This document shows positions 36,300 to 49,300 of a stretch of 64,000 nt of DNA, in pieces (position 1 is the first letter of the stretch; every line of letters starts with the position of its first letter). Position numbers and translations under genes: made by a program. The stretch lies in NCBI RefSeq assembly GCF_963921235.1, contig NC_086102.1:162626001-162690000 (forward strand), read 5' to 3'. Source of the DNA: Mobula hypostoma (lineage: Eukaryota). The notes below the pieces were generated by a model. It did no database searches, was not told the origin of the DNA, and was given only the letters and a program-made list of their open reading frames with translations.

Positions 36300-37231
36300 C
36301 GTCTATCAAGGTTCTCAGTCATCCAGGTCATTGTACACCAAGCAGGAGTAAATCAAGGCAATTGGACTTGCTGTGTTGTCTAGAAGATGTTTCGCCACTC
36401 ATCCAAGAGGCTTCTTCAGTTCTGATCCACGGTGGGTAGTTTTCCGGCTGATAAGCTCTGAGCTGTTTAACACTACAGCAATCACACGAGGGTTGTTAAG
36501 AATCGTAGAGGTATTGAGAGGGTCATTAGTTTTATCTTTGCATGAATGAAGGCGCGATCTGTTGTGGAGACGCTGGGGTAAAGATGTTAGGACTGCGTTG
36601 TAGATAGCTGATAGGTGGTGTTGTACACCATCCCCCCTGTTTCTTTCACACTCAGCCAGAAACTCATCCACACCCAAACATAAACGGAGCAATATTGTAT
36701 ATGCTCTCCAATGCAATGATCTGTATGTTGGCGAGACAAAATAACCACTTCACAACGGATGGCCCAACATAGGAGGGCTAACACCTCAGGTCAAGTCCCG
36801 GCTGTATATCTACACCTAAAGGACAAGGGACACTCCTTTGGTGATAACAATGTGCACATTATGGACAGGGAGGTCAGGTGGTTTGAAAGAGGGGTAAAGA
36901 AGCCATCTTTGTCAAACTGGAAAGCCCACTCCTGAACAGACGGGTTGGGGTAAACACCACCTATCAGATACTTACAATGCAGTCTGAACATCTCTACCCC
37001 GGAGTCTCCACAACAGATCACATCTTCATTCATTCAAAGATAACGCTAATGACTCTCTCATTACCTTTATAATTCTTAACAACCCTAATGTGATGTAAAA
37101 CAACTCACAGAGTTTATAAACCGGAAAACTACCCACCATGGATTAGAACTGAAGAAGCCTCCCGGATGAGAGTTGAAACATTTTCTAGACAACACAGCAA
37201 GTCCAGTTGCCTTGATTTACTGCTGCTTGAT
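36300..37231 (+). mobile_element. Second Penelope family: 5'-truncated copy with inverted 5' pLTR and GIY-YIG remnant
   Basis: 12-bp TSD aaacagacaagc (36288-36299, 37232-37243). NIVYALQCNDLYVGETK and WFERGVKE motifs. ~36340-36640 is an inverted copy of ~36935-37230. Confidence 0.85.
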
Positions 37232-37254
37232 AAACAGACAAGCTGACTTTAATG

Positions 37255-37790
37255 AACACAAAAAAATCTGCAGATGCTGGAAGTCCAAGCAACACACAGA
37301 AAATGCTGGAGGAACTCAGCAGGCCAGGCAGCATCTGTGGAAAAGAGTAATCGATGTTTTGAGCTGAGACCCTTCTTCAGGAATGGAAAAGAAGGGGAGT
37401 AGTCAGAGTATGTAGGCGGGGGAGGGGAGGAACAAGTACAAGGTGGCAGGTGATAGGTGAAACCAGGAGAGGAGAAGGGTGAAGTAAAGAGCTGGGAAGT
37501 TGATTGGTGAAAGAGGTCTTCTATCCTCTTCTATCAGGTTCCCCCCTCTCCAGCTCTTTATCTTTTTCACCAATCAGCTTCTCAGCTCTTTACTTCACCC
37601 CTCCCTGCTCCTAGTTTTACCTATCACCTGCCACCTTGTGCTTCTTTCTTCCCTCACCTCACCTTCTTACTCTGACCTCTCCTCTTTCTTTCCAGTCCCG
37701 AAGAAGGGTCTCAGTCCAAAACGTCAACTGTTTACTCTTTTCCATAGATGCTGCCTAGACTGCTGAGTTCCTCTGGCATTTTGTGTGTGA
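37255..37790. mobile_element. Inverted pair of Penelope pLTR fragments
   Basis: Minus-orientation copy at 37255-37515 joined to a plus-orientation copy at 37518-37790. Confidence 0.75.
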
Positions 37791-38304
37791 AGCTCACTTT
37801 AAGTTGCTTAATTCAAGGAAACTTGCAGAAACGGTTGGATGGTATAATTTTGCATACCAATAACTGATACTTTTATAGTTAGGAATTTTATGTTAGCCTT
37901 ACAGCATTAATTTTGAACTGTGAGCATTGATGAGTTCTATGTCTCCAAAAAGTGCTTTTAGACCGTTAGTGTTAAAAGGCAATACCAAATGCACGGAAAA
38001 TCACCCAAGCTGGAGCAAAGGGCATAAATGTGGAAAGCAGTCCAGGCTTATTAGGAATGGGATAAAGGATGTCAAGAAGAAGCCATGAAAGAAACAAGAG
38101 GTGAGTGAGAATCAATTCCTCCAGCTTCAGTTTCTGCAACGGGTGACCTGCTTGCCTGCATGTTGCTATGTCTTTTCGGTTCATAAAAATTGTACCTGTG
38201 TTTTGGAAATCCTTAATGCTTTGTGCTTAATGCCTTATGTTTAAGAAATGCTTTATGCTTTGGAAATACTTCATGTTTTAGAAATGGTTTGTAATTTGGA
38301 AATG

Positions 38305-40150
38305 TTCAGAATCAGGTTTAATATCACTGGCATATGTCGTGAAATCGGTTATGTGGCAGTGGTACATTGTAATACATAATAAAAACTGTTAATTACAGTA
38401 GTAAGTATAATCACCATCATTAGCTGCTGTGTCATATGACATAGTTGATCATGGTCCCATGTCTATAATTGTTTTTGGCAAATTTTTCTGCAAAGTGTTT
38501 TGCCATTGCCTTCTTCTGAGCAGTGTTTCTACAAGATGGGTGTCCTCACACATTATCAATACTCTTTAGAGATTGTCTGCCTGGCGTTATATTAAATGAG
38601 TAGTGCAAAAAGAGAGAGGAAAAAAAGTAGCGAGGTAGCATTCCTGGGTTCAATGTCCATTCAGAACTCTGATGGCAGAGGGGAAGATGCTGTTCCTGAA
38701 TCGGTGAGTGTGTGCCTTCAGGCTCCTGTACCTCCTCCCTGATGGTAACAATGAGAAGAGGGCATGTCCTGGGTGGTGGGCTTCCTTAATGATGGATGTC
38801 GCCTCTTTGAAACATCGCTCATTGAAGATGTCCTGGAGAGACTAGACCTAGTTCACAATTTTCTGCAGCTTCTTTCGATCTTGTGATGTGGCCCTGTCAC
38901 CACCACCCCCACCACCTCCACCACCACCGTGCCAGACGGTGATGCAGCCAGTTGGAATACTCTCTACAGTACTTCACAAGTACTTTGGTGACATACCAAT
39001 TCTTCCCAAACTCTTAATGGAATATAGACGCTGTTGTGCCTTCTTGGTAACTGCATCGATATGTTGGGCCCAGGATAGATCCTCAGACACCCAGGAACTT
39101 GAAATTGCTCACTCTCTCCCCTTCTAATCCCTCTATAAGGACAGGTATGGGTTCGCTCGTCTCACCCTTCTGTGGGGTTGTTGCTGTGACACCACTCAAC
39201 CAGCTGATATATCTCGCTCCTGTATGCCTTCTCGCCACAATTTGGAAAATCTGCCAACAATAGCTGTGTCATCAGCCAATTTCTAGATGGCATTTGAACT
39301 GTGCATAGCCAGACAGTTGCGGGTGTAGAGAAAGTAGAGTTGGAGGCTAAGCATGCATCCTTGGAGTGCACCAGAGGTTCACCAGCATTGATTATCAGCG
39401 AGGTGGAGATGTTATTTCAGATCTTCATAGACTGTGGTTTTCTGGTCAGGAAGTCAAAGATCCAGTTGTCCAGGGGGTACAGAGGCCCATGTTTTGGAGC
39501 TATTTGATCAGAACTGTAGGAATGCTCACGTTAAACTGAGAGCAGTAGTTAATAAACAGTAGCCTGACATAAGAATTAGTATTGTCCAGCTGATCCAAGG
39601 CCATGTGAAGAGTCAATGGGATCACATCTGCTGTCGACCTATTGTGGCAATAGGCAAATTGCAGTGGATACAGGTCCTTGCTGAAGCAGTTGGTTCTAGC
39701 CATAACCAACCTCTGAAAGCACTTCATCACCATTGATGTGGGCGTTAGTGGACGATAGTCATTGAGGCAGCTCACCCTGCCCTTCTTGGGCACTGGTATG
39801 ATTGTTGCCTTGTTGAAGCAGGGTGGAACTTTCAGCTGTATCAATGAGAGATCGAATCTGTCTTTGAACACATGCGCTAGATGGTTGGCATAGGTTTTCA
39901 AAGCCCTACCAGGTATACCATCAGAACCTGACCTGATGAGTCCTGATGAAAGGCCTCGGCCCGAAACGTTGACTGTACTCTTTTCCATAGATGGTGCCTG
40001 GCCTGCTGAGCTCCTCCAGCACTTTGTGAGGGTTGCCTTGGATTTCTGGTGTCTGCAGATTTTCTCTTGTTTGTGCTTGGAACCCGTCACCTTGTAAGGG
40101 TTCACCCTCTTGAAACACGTTCTGATGTTGGCCTCCAAGAAAGAGATCTC
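38305..40150 (-). mobile_element. Rex1/Babar LINE RT and 3' region, interrupted by a Penelope fragment at ~39930-40078
   Basis: IIPVPKK..CLNDYRP, PLQFAY..NRSTAD, YVRLLFINY. Confidence 0.85.
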
Positions 40151-42076
40151 AGGGCAATCAAGTGCTGAAGGATGCTATAGAAATCCGTTGAGTTTTAAAT
40201 GTGTCTGAGGAGTGTTGTTTCGATTTAAACATGTATCACTGAAAATAAATAAGCTGTGTTTTAAACTATGATAGGTGTAAGTATTTTCTCCTTGGTAGGG
40301 AGAGGGGACCTACTGCTCAAATAGTGGGCGTTGGCAGCTAGAGCTCGCAGTTGAGAATGAAAAGGGAAGTGAACTATCTTTTGAAGATGAGCTACTTACA
40401 GCATAATCTCCCTTTAGTGAGGGTACTTGTGGCTATTTATATCCAATAGGCTTGAAGTCTTCATTTGAGTTTAGAACTTCGTGGTCAGCAAATTTAATAC
40501 CATCGCAGTTAAAGGTGCGTTGTGTCCAAGTAACTTGGTACATGTGACGATAATACGAATAAAGCAACATCAGTCTTCTCTGCTATTTCACCAGAAAACT
40601 ATCATGACACAGTGTAAAGCTTTTCTTGCATACTGTTCATACAGATCAAATCATTACACGGTGCATTGAGGTAGAACATTGTAAAACAATATCAGAATGC
40701 AGAAGAAAGTTTAAAAGCTACAGAGAAAATGCAGTGCAGTAAAATGCAATGCAATAATGTGTGGACTTGTAAAGGCTGTTTGATGAAGTGCCCCAGGACA
40801 GGATTGTCATCAACTAAGAGGGCTTGTCGAATCTTAAGTAGAAGATTGGCTAAGTTGTTTGAGATCAAGAGTAGTAATGAAAAGCTGTTTTCCAGATTGA
40901 TGCAATCATGATGAAGCCAAGTGTCTCTATTTTGCTAGGAGTTTGCGGAGATTTAGTATGTCATTGAAGACTCTTGCTAATTTCTATAGATGAAAGGTGG
41001 AGAGCATTCGGACTGGTTGCAACATAGCCTGCTACAGAGGTTCCAATGCACAGAGCTGCAAGAGACTCCAAAGGGTCGTAGGCTCAGTGAGCTTCATCAT
41101 GGATCACAGGTACAACCCTCTTCTCATTCTGACCATCAGGGAGGAGAGAAGGAGGTACAAGATCCTGAAGATCCACATTCAGTGATTCGGAGACAGCTTC
41201 TTCCACTCTGCCATCAGATGTCTGAGTGGTCCATAACTCCTGAACACTATCTTGTTGTTCCTTTTTCGTTTGCCTTATTTATTTATTTTTGTAATTTATA
41301 GTAGTTTCATGTATTTGAATTGTGCTGTGGCTGCCAAGCAATTTCATATCAAATAAGACAGAGGCAATAAACCCTGATTCTGGTTTATAATCAGAATCAA
41401 GGTCAGAGTTTACTATCACTATCTTATAGCCATAACCAACTTCTCACAGCACCTCATCTCTATCTCATATGAGTGGTGGACTATCCCAGGACCAGGGAAT
41501 ACCAGGACCATGACTTTCTGTGATATTTATTAATGACTTGGAGTTGAGAATAAGGAGGATGGTAATAGACTTCAACGAGATGTAGACAGGTGAATAGTAG
41601 AGTGAATAGGTCGCAAATGAAATTAAAGACAGATAAGTGCAAGGAATTCAGGGATGGGGCATTTTGGAGACGTATAGTAACTAGCACCAGAGTGTCTAAG
41701 TTGGGGTTAGGGCTCCATGAATTACATTTTGTGACAGGGCAGTTTGAAAAACTGTTCAAAGAATATATCAGGTCAAGGCTTTATAAGGAAAGGCACAGAG
41801 TACAAGAGCAAGAAAGCCATACAGAACTTTGGTTGGCCACAACTGAAGCATTGTGGTCTGTCTGTGTCCCACAATTTGGGAACGAGGTAAAGGCTTTTCT
41901 GAGGGTACAGAAGAATGATGTCAGAGATACGCCAATATAAAACATTAGTTAGGCTATAAGTGAGTGAATTATACTGTTCTGATCACCATGCAATAGACAA
42001 TTGTGATTGTACTGAAGAGAGTGCATGGGTGACTCCCTAAGGTTTTGCCTGGGATGGATTGTTCCAGCTATGAGAG

Positions 42077-44350
42077 AGGCTGTTCTTGATCTGATATTGG
42101 GAAATGACTCAGATCTCTCAGTGGGAGAGCATTTTGGAGATAGTGATCACAAACAATTCTATCTTCTTTACCATAGCATTGGAGAGGGATAGGAACAGAC
42201 ACGTTAGGAAAGTGTTTAATTGGAGTAAGGGGAAATATGAGGCTATCAGGCAGGAACTTGGAAGCATAAATTGGGAACAGATGTTCTCAGGGAAATGTAT
42301 GGAAGAAATGTGGCAAATGCTTAAGGGACACTTGCATGGAGTTCTGCATAGGTACGTTCCAATGAGACAGGGAAAGGATGGTAGGATACAGGAACCGTGG
42401 TGTACAAAGGCTGTTGAAAATCTAGTCAAGAAGAAAAGGGAAGCTTACAAAAGGTTCAAAAAACGAGATAATAATAGAGATCTAGAAGATTATAAGGCTA
42501 GCAGGAAGGAACTTAAGAATGAAAATAGGAGAGCCAGAAGGGGCCATGAGAAGACCTTGGCAGACAGGATTAAGGAAAACCCTAAGGCATTCTACAAGTA
42601 TGTGAAGAGCAAGAGGATAAGACGTGAGAAAATAGGACCAATCAAGTGTGACAGTGGAAAAGTGTGTATCGAACCAGAGGAGATAGCAGAGGTGCTTAAT
42701 GAGTACTTTGCTTCAGTATTCACTACAGAAAAGGATCTTGGCGATTGTAGGGATGACTTACAGTGAACTGAAAAGCTTGAGCATATAGATACTAAGAAAG
42801 AGGATGTGCTGGAGTTTTTGGAAAGTATCAAGTTGGATGAGTTACTGGGACCGGATGAGATGTACCCCAGGCTAGGTGAGACGAGGGAGGAGATTGCTGA
42901 GCCTCTGGCAATCATCTTTGCATCATCAATGGGGACGGGAGAGATTCTGGAGGATTGGAGGGTTGCAGATGTTGTTCCCTTATTCAAGAAAGGGAGTAGA
43001 GATGGCCCAGGAAATTATAGACCAGTGAGTCTTACTTCAGTGGTTGGTAAGTTGATGGAAAAGATCCTGAGAGGCAAGATTTATGAACATTTAGAGAGGC
43101 ATAATATGATTAGGAATTGTCAGCATGACTTTGTCAAAGGCAGGTCGTGCCTTATGAGCCTGACTGAATTTTTTTGAGGATGTGACTAAAAGGTTACTCT
43201 ACTTGAGGAAGTGTATATAGATTTCAGCAAGGCATTTGATAAGGTACCCCATGCAAGGCTTATTGAGAAAGTAAGGAGGCATGGGATCCAAGGGGACATT
43301 GCTTTGTGGATCCAGAATTGGCTTTCCCACAGAAAGCAAAGAGTGGTTGTAGACGGATCATATTCTGCATGGAGGTCGGTGACCAGTGGTGTGCCTCGGG
43401 GGTCTGTTCTGGGACCCCTACTCTTTGTGATTTTTATAAATGTCCTGGATGAGGAAATGGAGGGATGGGTTAGTAAATTTGCTGATGACACAAAGGTTAG
43501 GGGTGTTGTGGATAGTGTGGAGGGCTGTCAGAGGTTACAGTGGGACATAAATAGGATGCAAAACTGGGCTGAGAAGTGGGAGAGGGAGTTCAACCCAGAT
43601 AAGTGTGAAGGTGGTTCATTTTGGTAGGTCAAATATGATGGTAGAATATAATATTAATGGTAAGACTCTTGGCGGTGTGGAGGATCAGAGGGATCTTGGG
43701 GTCCAAGTCCATAGGACACTCAAAGCTGCTGCGCAGGTTGACTGTGGTTAAGAGGGCATACGGTACATTGGCCTTCATCAATCATGGGATTGAGTTTAGG
43801 AGCTGAGAGGTAATGTTGCAGCTATATAGGACCCTGGTCAGACCCCACTTGGAGTACTGTGCTCAATTCTGGTCGCCTCACTACAGGAAGGATGTGGGTA
43901 GAGTGCAGAGGAGATTTACAAGGATGTTGCCTGCATTAGAGGGCGTAATTTATGAGAATAGGTTGAGTGAACTGGCCTTTTCTCCTTGGAGCGACAGAAT
44001 ATGAGGGGTGACCTGATAGAGGTGTATAAGTTGATGAGAGGCATTGATCGTGTGGATAGTCAGAGGCTTTTTCCCAGAGGTGAAATGGCTAGCATGATAT
44101 GACACAGTTTTAAGGTGCTTGGAAGTAGGTACAGAGGAGATGTCAGGGGTAAGTTTTTACGCAGAGAGTGGTGAGTGCGTGGAATGGACTGCTGGCGACG
44201 GTGGTGGAGACGAATGCAATAGGGTCTTTTAAGAGACTCCTGGACAGGTACATGAAGCTTCGAAAAATAGAGGTTTCTAATGTAAGGACATGTTTGGCAC
44301 AGCTTTGTGGGCCAAAAGGCCTGTATTGTGCTGTAGGTTTTCTATGTTTC
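42077..44350 (+). mobile_element. Degraded CR1 ORF2 and 3' UTR
   Basis: PGNYRPVSLTS, DFSKAFDKV, GSVLGP and FADDTK spread across frameshifted ORFs. Confidence 0.92.
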
Positions 44351-46359
44351 TGTGAGAGAATGGGTTTGTTTTCCTTGGAGAAGAGAAGGCTGAGGGGGCT
44401 TGAATGAGGTATACAAAACTATGAGTGGGATAGGTAGGGGGAAACTTTACCATAAGCAAAGGTGTGTGTAACCTGAGGTGATAGATTTGAGGCAAAGGGT
44501 AAGTGATTTTAGGGAGGATCTGAGGAAGAATTTTTAATGGACTGCCTGAGGTGGACGTGGAACAGGTCTTCTCACAACATTTAAAAACTACTAAGGTTAA
44601 AATGGTCTAGCTAGTGTAGATAGATACTTTTTGTGCACAGACACAGTAGGCCAAAGGACTGGTTTCTGTGCTGGATAACTCTCTGAACGCCTGGCAAATG
44701 TAACTGTATTATACCCTCATCTGTATTACTTTTGCGGTAATCAGAGACCATGCAGGAAATTCAGTCCCATAAACACTGTCACCAAGAGCACATGCCTCAT
44801 GAATTAACCTCCTTATCCAGTTCATTCAGAACCTGGGCAGAGAACACACAACAGATTACCATGATGATGGACAGCTGGTGGGAACAGAGTAAATATTGTA
44901 CTTGTAAAATAACTAACTGGAGTGAGCTTCAGAAGAATGTCCAAAGCTAATAAATTTAAATTATACATGGGTATGAATACAAACAAGAATGTCTTTTACT
45001 CTCCTGCCATTTATACTAAATTGTACAGTTCCTGTAAAATGGGGTAGTTTTGAATAGCAATTGTTGAATCCATCAAAATATTTTGTAAAATAGGTATATC
45101 ATGTACAGGAAAATTTGAAATAGTGCACCTTGGTGTTTTAATATGGTTGCATCAAAACTTTCCAGGAAGCTTTTGGTCAGAATTTTCTATGACCCAAAAT
45201 GTCCTTCAGGATTATGTTACGTGCTCACCTACTCTCTCAGGAATAAAACTATTATGTTGACGTCTGTGATTGTTTTGCATAACACTGGGAGAGGAACTGT
45301 AATAGAATTGTGAGAAACCTATTCAGGATGCAGCAGCAATTTAGAGACTTTGGGCTGAATTGTCTTATATTTTCTATTGTGGGAAAAATTAATTTGATTT
45401 GCATTTTGTAAGTTAGTCTTGTTTTATTACACTGATTTTTTTCTCTAGTTTAATCTTCCTTTTTTTTTTGCACTTCATACCAGAATTGGAACCAGATTAA
45501 TTATCACTGTCTTATATGATATGAAATTTGTTGTATTGTGGGAGCAGTATAGCGCAAAGAAATAAAATTAATATAACTTCAAAATAAATAAATGGTGCAA
45601 ATAAAATGAATGATGGATTCATGGACCATTCAGAAATCTGATGTCAGAGGGGAAGAAGCTATTACTGAATTGTTGGGTGTGGGAACTCAAGCTCCTGTAC
45701 CACCTCATTGTGGGAGTAACAAGAAGAGGAAATGTTGAGTTTACTTAATGATGGATGGCACTTTCTTAAGATCGCTTCTTGAAGACTTCCTTGAAGGTGG
45801 GAAGGGTTGGTCCTGTGATGGAGGTGGCTGCGTTTACAATCCTCTGCAGCCTCTCGCAATCTTATGCATTGTAGCTTCCAGACCAGTCTATGATGCAAAC
45901 TGTCCAAGTGCTTGTCATTGTACATTGAGACAAATTTGCAACAATCTTTCGGTAACATGACAAATCTCCTCAAACTCTTAACAAACCAGAACATTTTTTC
46001 TCGTTTAATCAATGTGTTGGGCCCGGGGTAGATCTAGATCCTCCGAGATGCTGACCCCCAGGAAATTAAAGCCGCTCTTGCCTTTCACTACTGACTTCTC
46101 ATTGAAGACTAATCTATGTTCTCTCGACTTCCCCTTCCTGATGTTTACAATCTGTCTCACTGTAATGAAATCATCAGTACTTGTGCAGTGCTCAAGACGA
46201 AAAGTGCAGTTTTATTTCTGTTATAGTGGTAGTTGTTTAATGTCTTTGCTAGATCATACTGCACTGTATTGGATAATACTGGCAAGAGAGCTTTCAAAGT
46301 GTAATCTGATCAATAAAAATCAGTCATACGACTGTTTATTCCCCTCCATAGATGCTGAC

Positions 46360-49300
46360 TATAATGCTTTGTAACTCCGAAACATTAAACTCATTGAAAG
46401 AAAACAATGGGAGTCTGAAATATGAGTCTAACTTTGTGTTTTACTAAAGGTGTGATGACATGTGCCATTTACATATAACCCATAATGAAACATTTAAATA
46501 AATAAAGAATGCTTAATGAAGAACATATTTACAAGCAAGAGAAAGTTGCAGATGCTGGAAATCCAAGCAACACATACAAAATACTAGAGGAATTCAGCAG
46601 GCCAGGCAGCATCTGTGGAAAAGAGTAAACAGTTGATGTTTCTGGGTCGAGACCTGTCATCAGGACTGGGGGAAAAGAGATGAGAAGTCAGCACCCGGCA
46701 ATCCCCTGATATAACCCTTGTTGAACCACAGAACAATTTGCCTACCAACGGGTATGTCTTTGAACTTTGGGAAGAAACCCATGCAGTCTCAGGAGAACAT
46801 GCAAGCTCCTTGCAGACACTCAGCAGGAATTGAACCTGGGTCACTGGTACTGTAAAGTGTTGTGCTAGCCACTAAGCTACCATACCTCTTACATGTGCTA
46901 ATTGTATCTGATTCCACTACCTTCTCTGGCAGCAAATTCCAGCTATTAATCACTTCCTGTGTTAAAAAGACATGCATCACAAATCCCCTTTAAAACTCCT
47001 TTCTCTCACCTTTAACTTCTGCCCTCTTGTTTTGACACTCCTACCATGAGATTAAGATTCTGACCATCCACCCTATCTATCAGTGCCCTACAATTTTATT
47101 ACCTCACTTGAGTCACCCCTCAGCACCCTTTGTTCCAGCGAAAACAAACCTATACTACCTCCAGAAAACACAGGCTTTATGTTACTTAGTTCCCTGATCC
47201 CTTGGTTACTTTCATTAAATCAGTAATTTTTGTTAGAAAAGCCAAGAGCAGGTTGTAGCACATTTCAAATTTGAAAAGCAATGGTCACGTCTACTCCTGT
47301 AGACTGGGAGTTGACGGGTTATTTTTGAGGTGATGGCTGAGAGGAGCTTCTGTTCACTCTGATGTTTTGGGGCCATGTTAGCCTTCACTGCTTCTTCCTG
47401 CCTGAAAGTCACTTTCAATCCTCCCCTGGAGTTAAAGTCAGCCAAGACAATCTGCTTGTCTGTCTCTGGGATGTGGACGAATACTTTTTTCAAGGATAGA
47501 CTATAAATCCTCTTTGGCCTTATTCAAAGCTTCTGCATTGGAACAAAATGCACTGATGATCAAAGTGCATTGCGTCCACAATAAAATGAATTGAGGTGTC
47601 ATGTTTGTTTGCTAATTCCAGACGTGGAGTCAGTTGGTGGCAGAGGGGTTGTATTACTTAAAGCTCAAGAAATCGATTTCTTGAACTTCTGGTAATTCCC
47701 CGCCCCCTTCACTATTCCCCATCCCCTTTTCCCTCTCTCACCTTACCTACCCATCACCTCCCTCTGGTGTTCCTCCCCCTTTTCTTTCTTCTATGGCCTT
47801 CTTTCCTCTCTTATCAGCTTTCCCCCTTCTCCAGTCCTGTATCTCTTTTACCAATCAACTTCTCAGCTCTTTACTTCACCCCTACCTCCCACCAGTTTCA
47901 CCTATCACCTTGTGCTTCCTCCTCCCCTTCCCCCATCTTCTAACTCTGACTCCTCATCTTTTTTCCTCCAGTCCTGATGAAACATATTTACAATATTACT
48001 CAAGTATTTGTGGTTCGTCCATAGTCATTGATGAAGACCTCGACAGCATTAGTCACTTCGTGTGGTGCGGTGTGTCCGAAGATGACTGGTCAGGCCAATT
48101 CGGGCATGGAATGTCCTGGCACATGTTGGCAGACGTGTGGGCACTGCAGTTGTTGCAGTTGAGGCTCAGGACTTGCGCAGCTCGCGCTTACGTTGTGCTT
48201 CAGCAATGCGCCTTGCCTCGTAAGCTTGACAGCCCTTGTGGATGAGGCCACGCCAGGTAGGGTGGTTTTGTGCCAGCATTTCCCAAGAGGTCGTGTCTAT
48301 GTCAAGCGACTTCAGGGAGGCCTTTAGTGTGTCTTTGTAGCGTTTCTTCTGCCCTCCATGCGAGTGGCTTCCAGCAGAGAGTTCCCCAGTAAGGAGCTGC
48401 TTGGGTATGCACTCGTCTGGCATGCGAATGACATGACCTGCCCACCGGGTCTGTGCTCTCATCAGCAGTGTGCGGACTGATGGTAGACTTGCTCTAGAGA
48501 GAACTTCAGTACAGCATAGTACATTTTAAATTGTCCCATTCAGGCCTAAAGATATAATCACTGTGGAGGATTTCTTACTCCTGTGGGATAATGCCTTTAC
48601 TGATCGGGTGGATCAGGTGCTCAGGTTCTATGACCTCCTCCGTGATGGTTGTAGGTGCTGGTTCTGGGACTGCAGGAAATGGTTCGATATGATGTCAACC
48701 TGAATAGTGCATGGCAAGCTTCACTGGACCACGTGGATCATAATGTGTGAGTACAGTGTCTGATGTCACCATTTCCATTAGCTCTTTGAAAGCCACCTCG
48801 CATTGCTTTGTCGATTGCCATTTCTTTCCAATCTGTAGTAATGAGGCAAGGAGTGGAGCACAGTAGCCAGGTGGTAGCAACCTGTAATAGTAATTGACAA
48901 GTCCGAGAAACGACTGCAGTTGTGACTCTGACAAGCCCTTTGGCCTTGAAGCATCCACCACTGCTTGAATTTTGTCAGCACACTGTGGGTAATTCTTGGG
49001 TGTCAATGGTATGACCACAGTAAGTGATGCTTGGTTTACAGAATTCATATTGTTGCATCGTGCTCTGAGCCCCTAATCTTCTAATCTTTTTAACACAGTT
49101 TTGTGATATTGGAGATGTTCCTTGTCATCCTGGTAACAATGATGTCATCCAGCTAGCACTAATTACCTGACAGTCTTGCAACACCTTGTCTTTCTGCCAG
49201 GGTGCAGTTGCAGATGCTACTCCAGAAATAAGCCTGTTATAGCAATAAAGCCCTTTGTGAGTGTTTATGGTGAGAAACACTTCGGACTCTTTTCCCATCC

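Noticed and set aside
37972-38184. Hydrophobic 70-aa minus ORF, and a plus-strand donor at 38100
   Set aside because: No recognisable homology, and the plus-strand exon reading is closed in all frames. Support is insufficient.
44809-45284. Small minus-strand exon-like segments (VLNELDKE and a 56-nt piece)
   Set aside because: Short, with weak or ambiguous donors; expected by chance.
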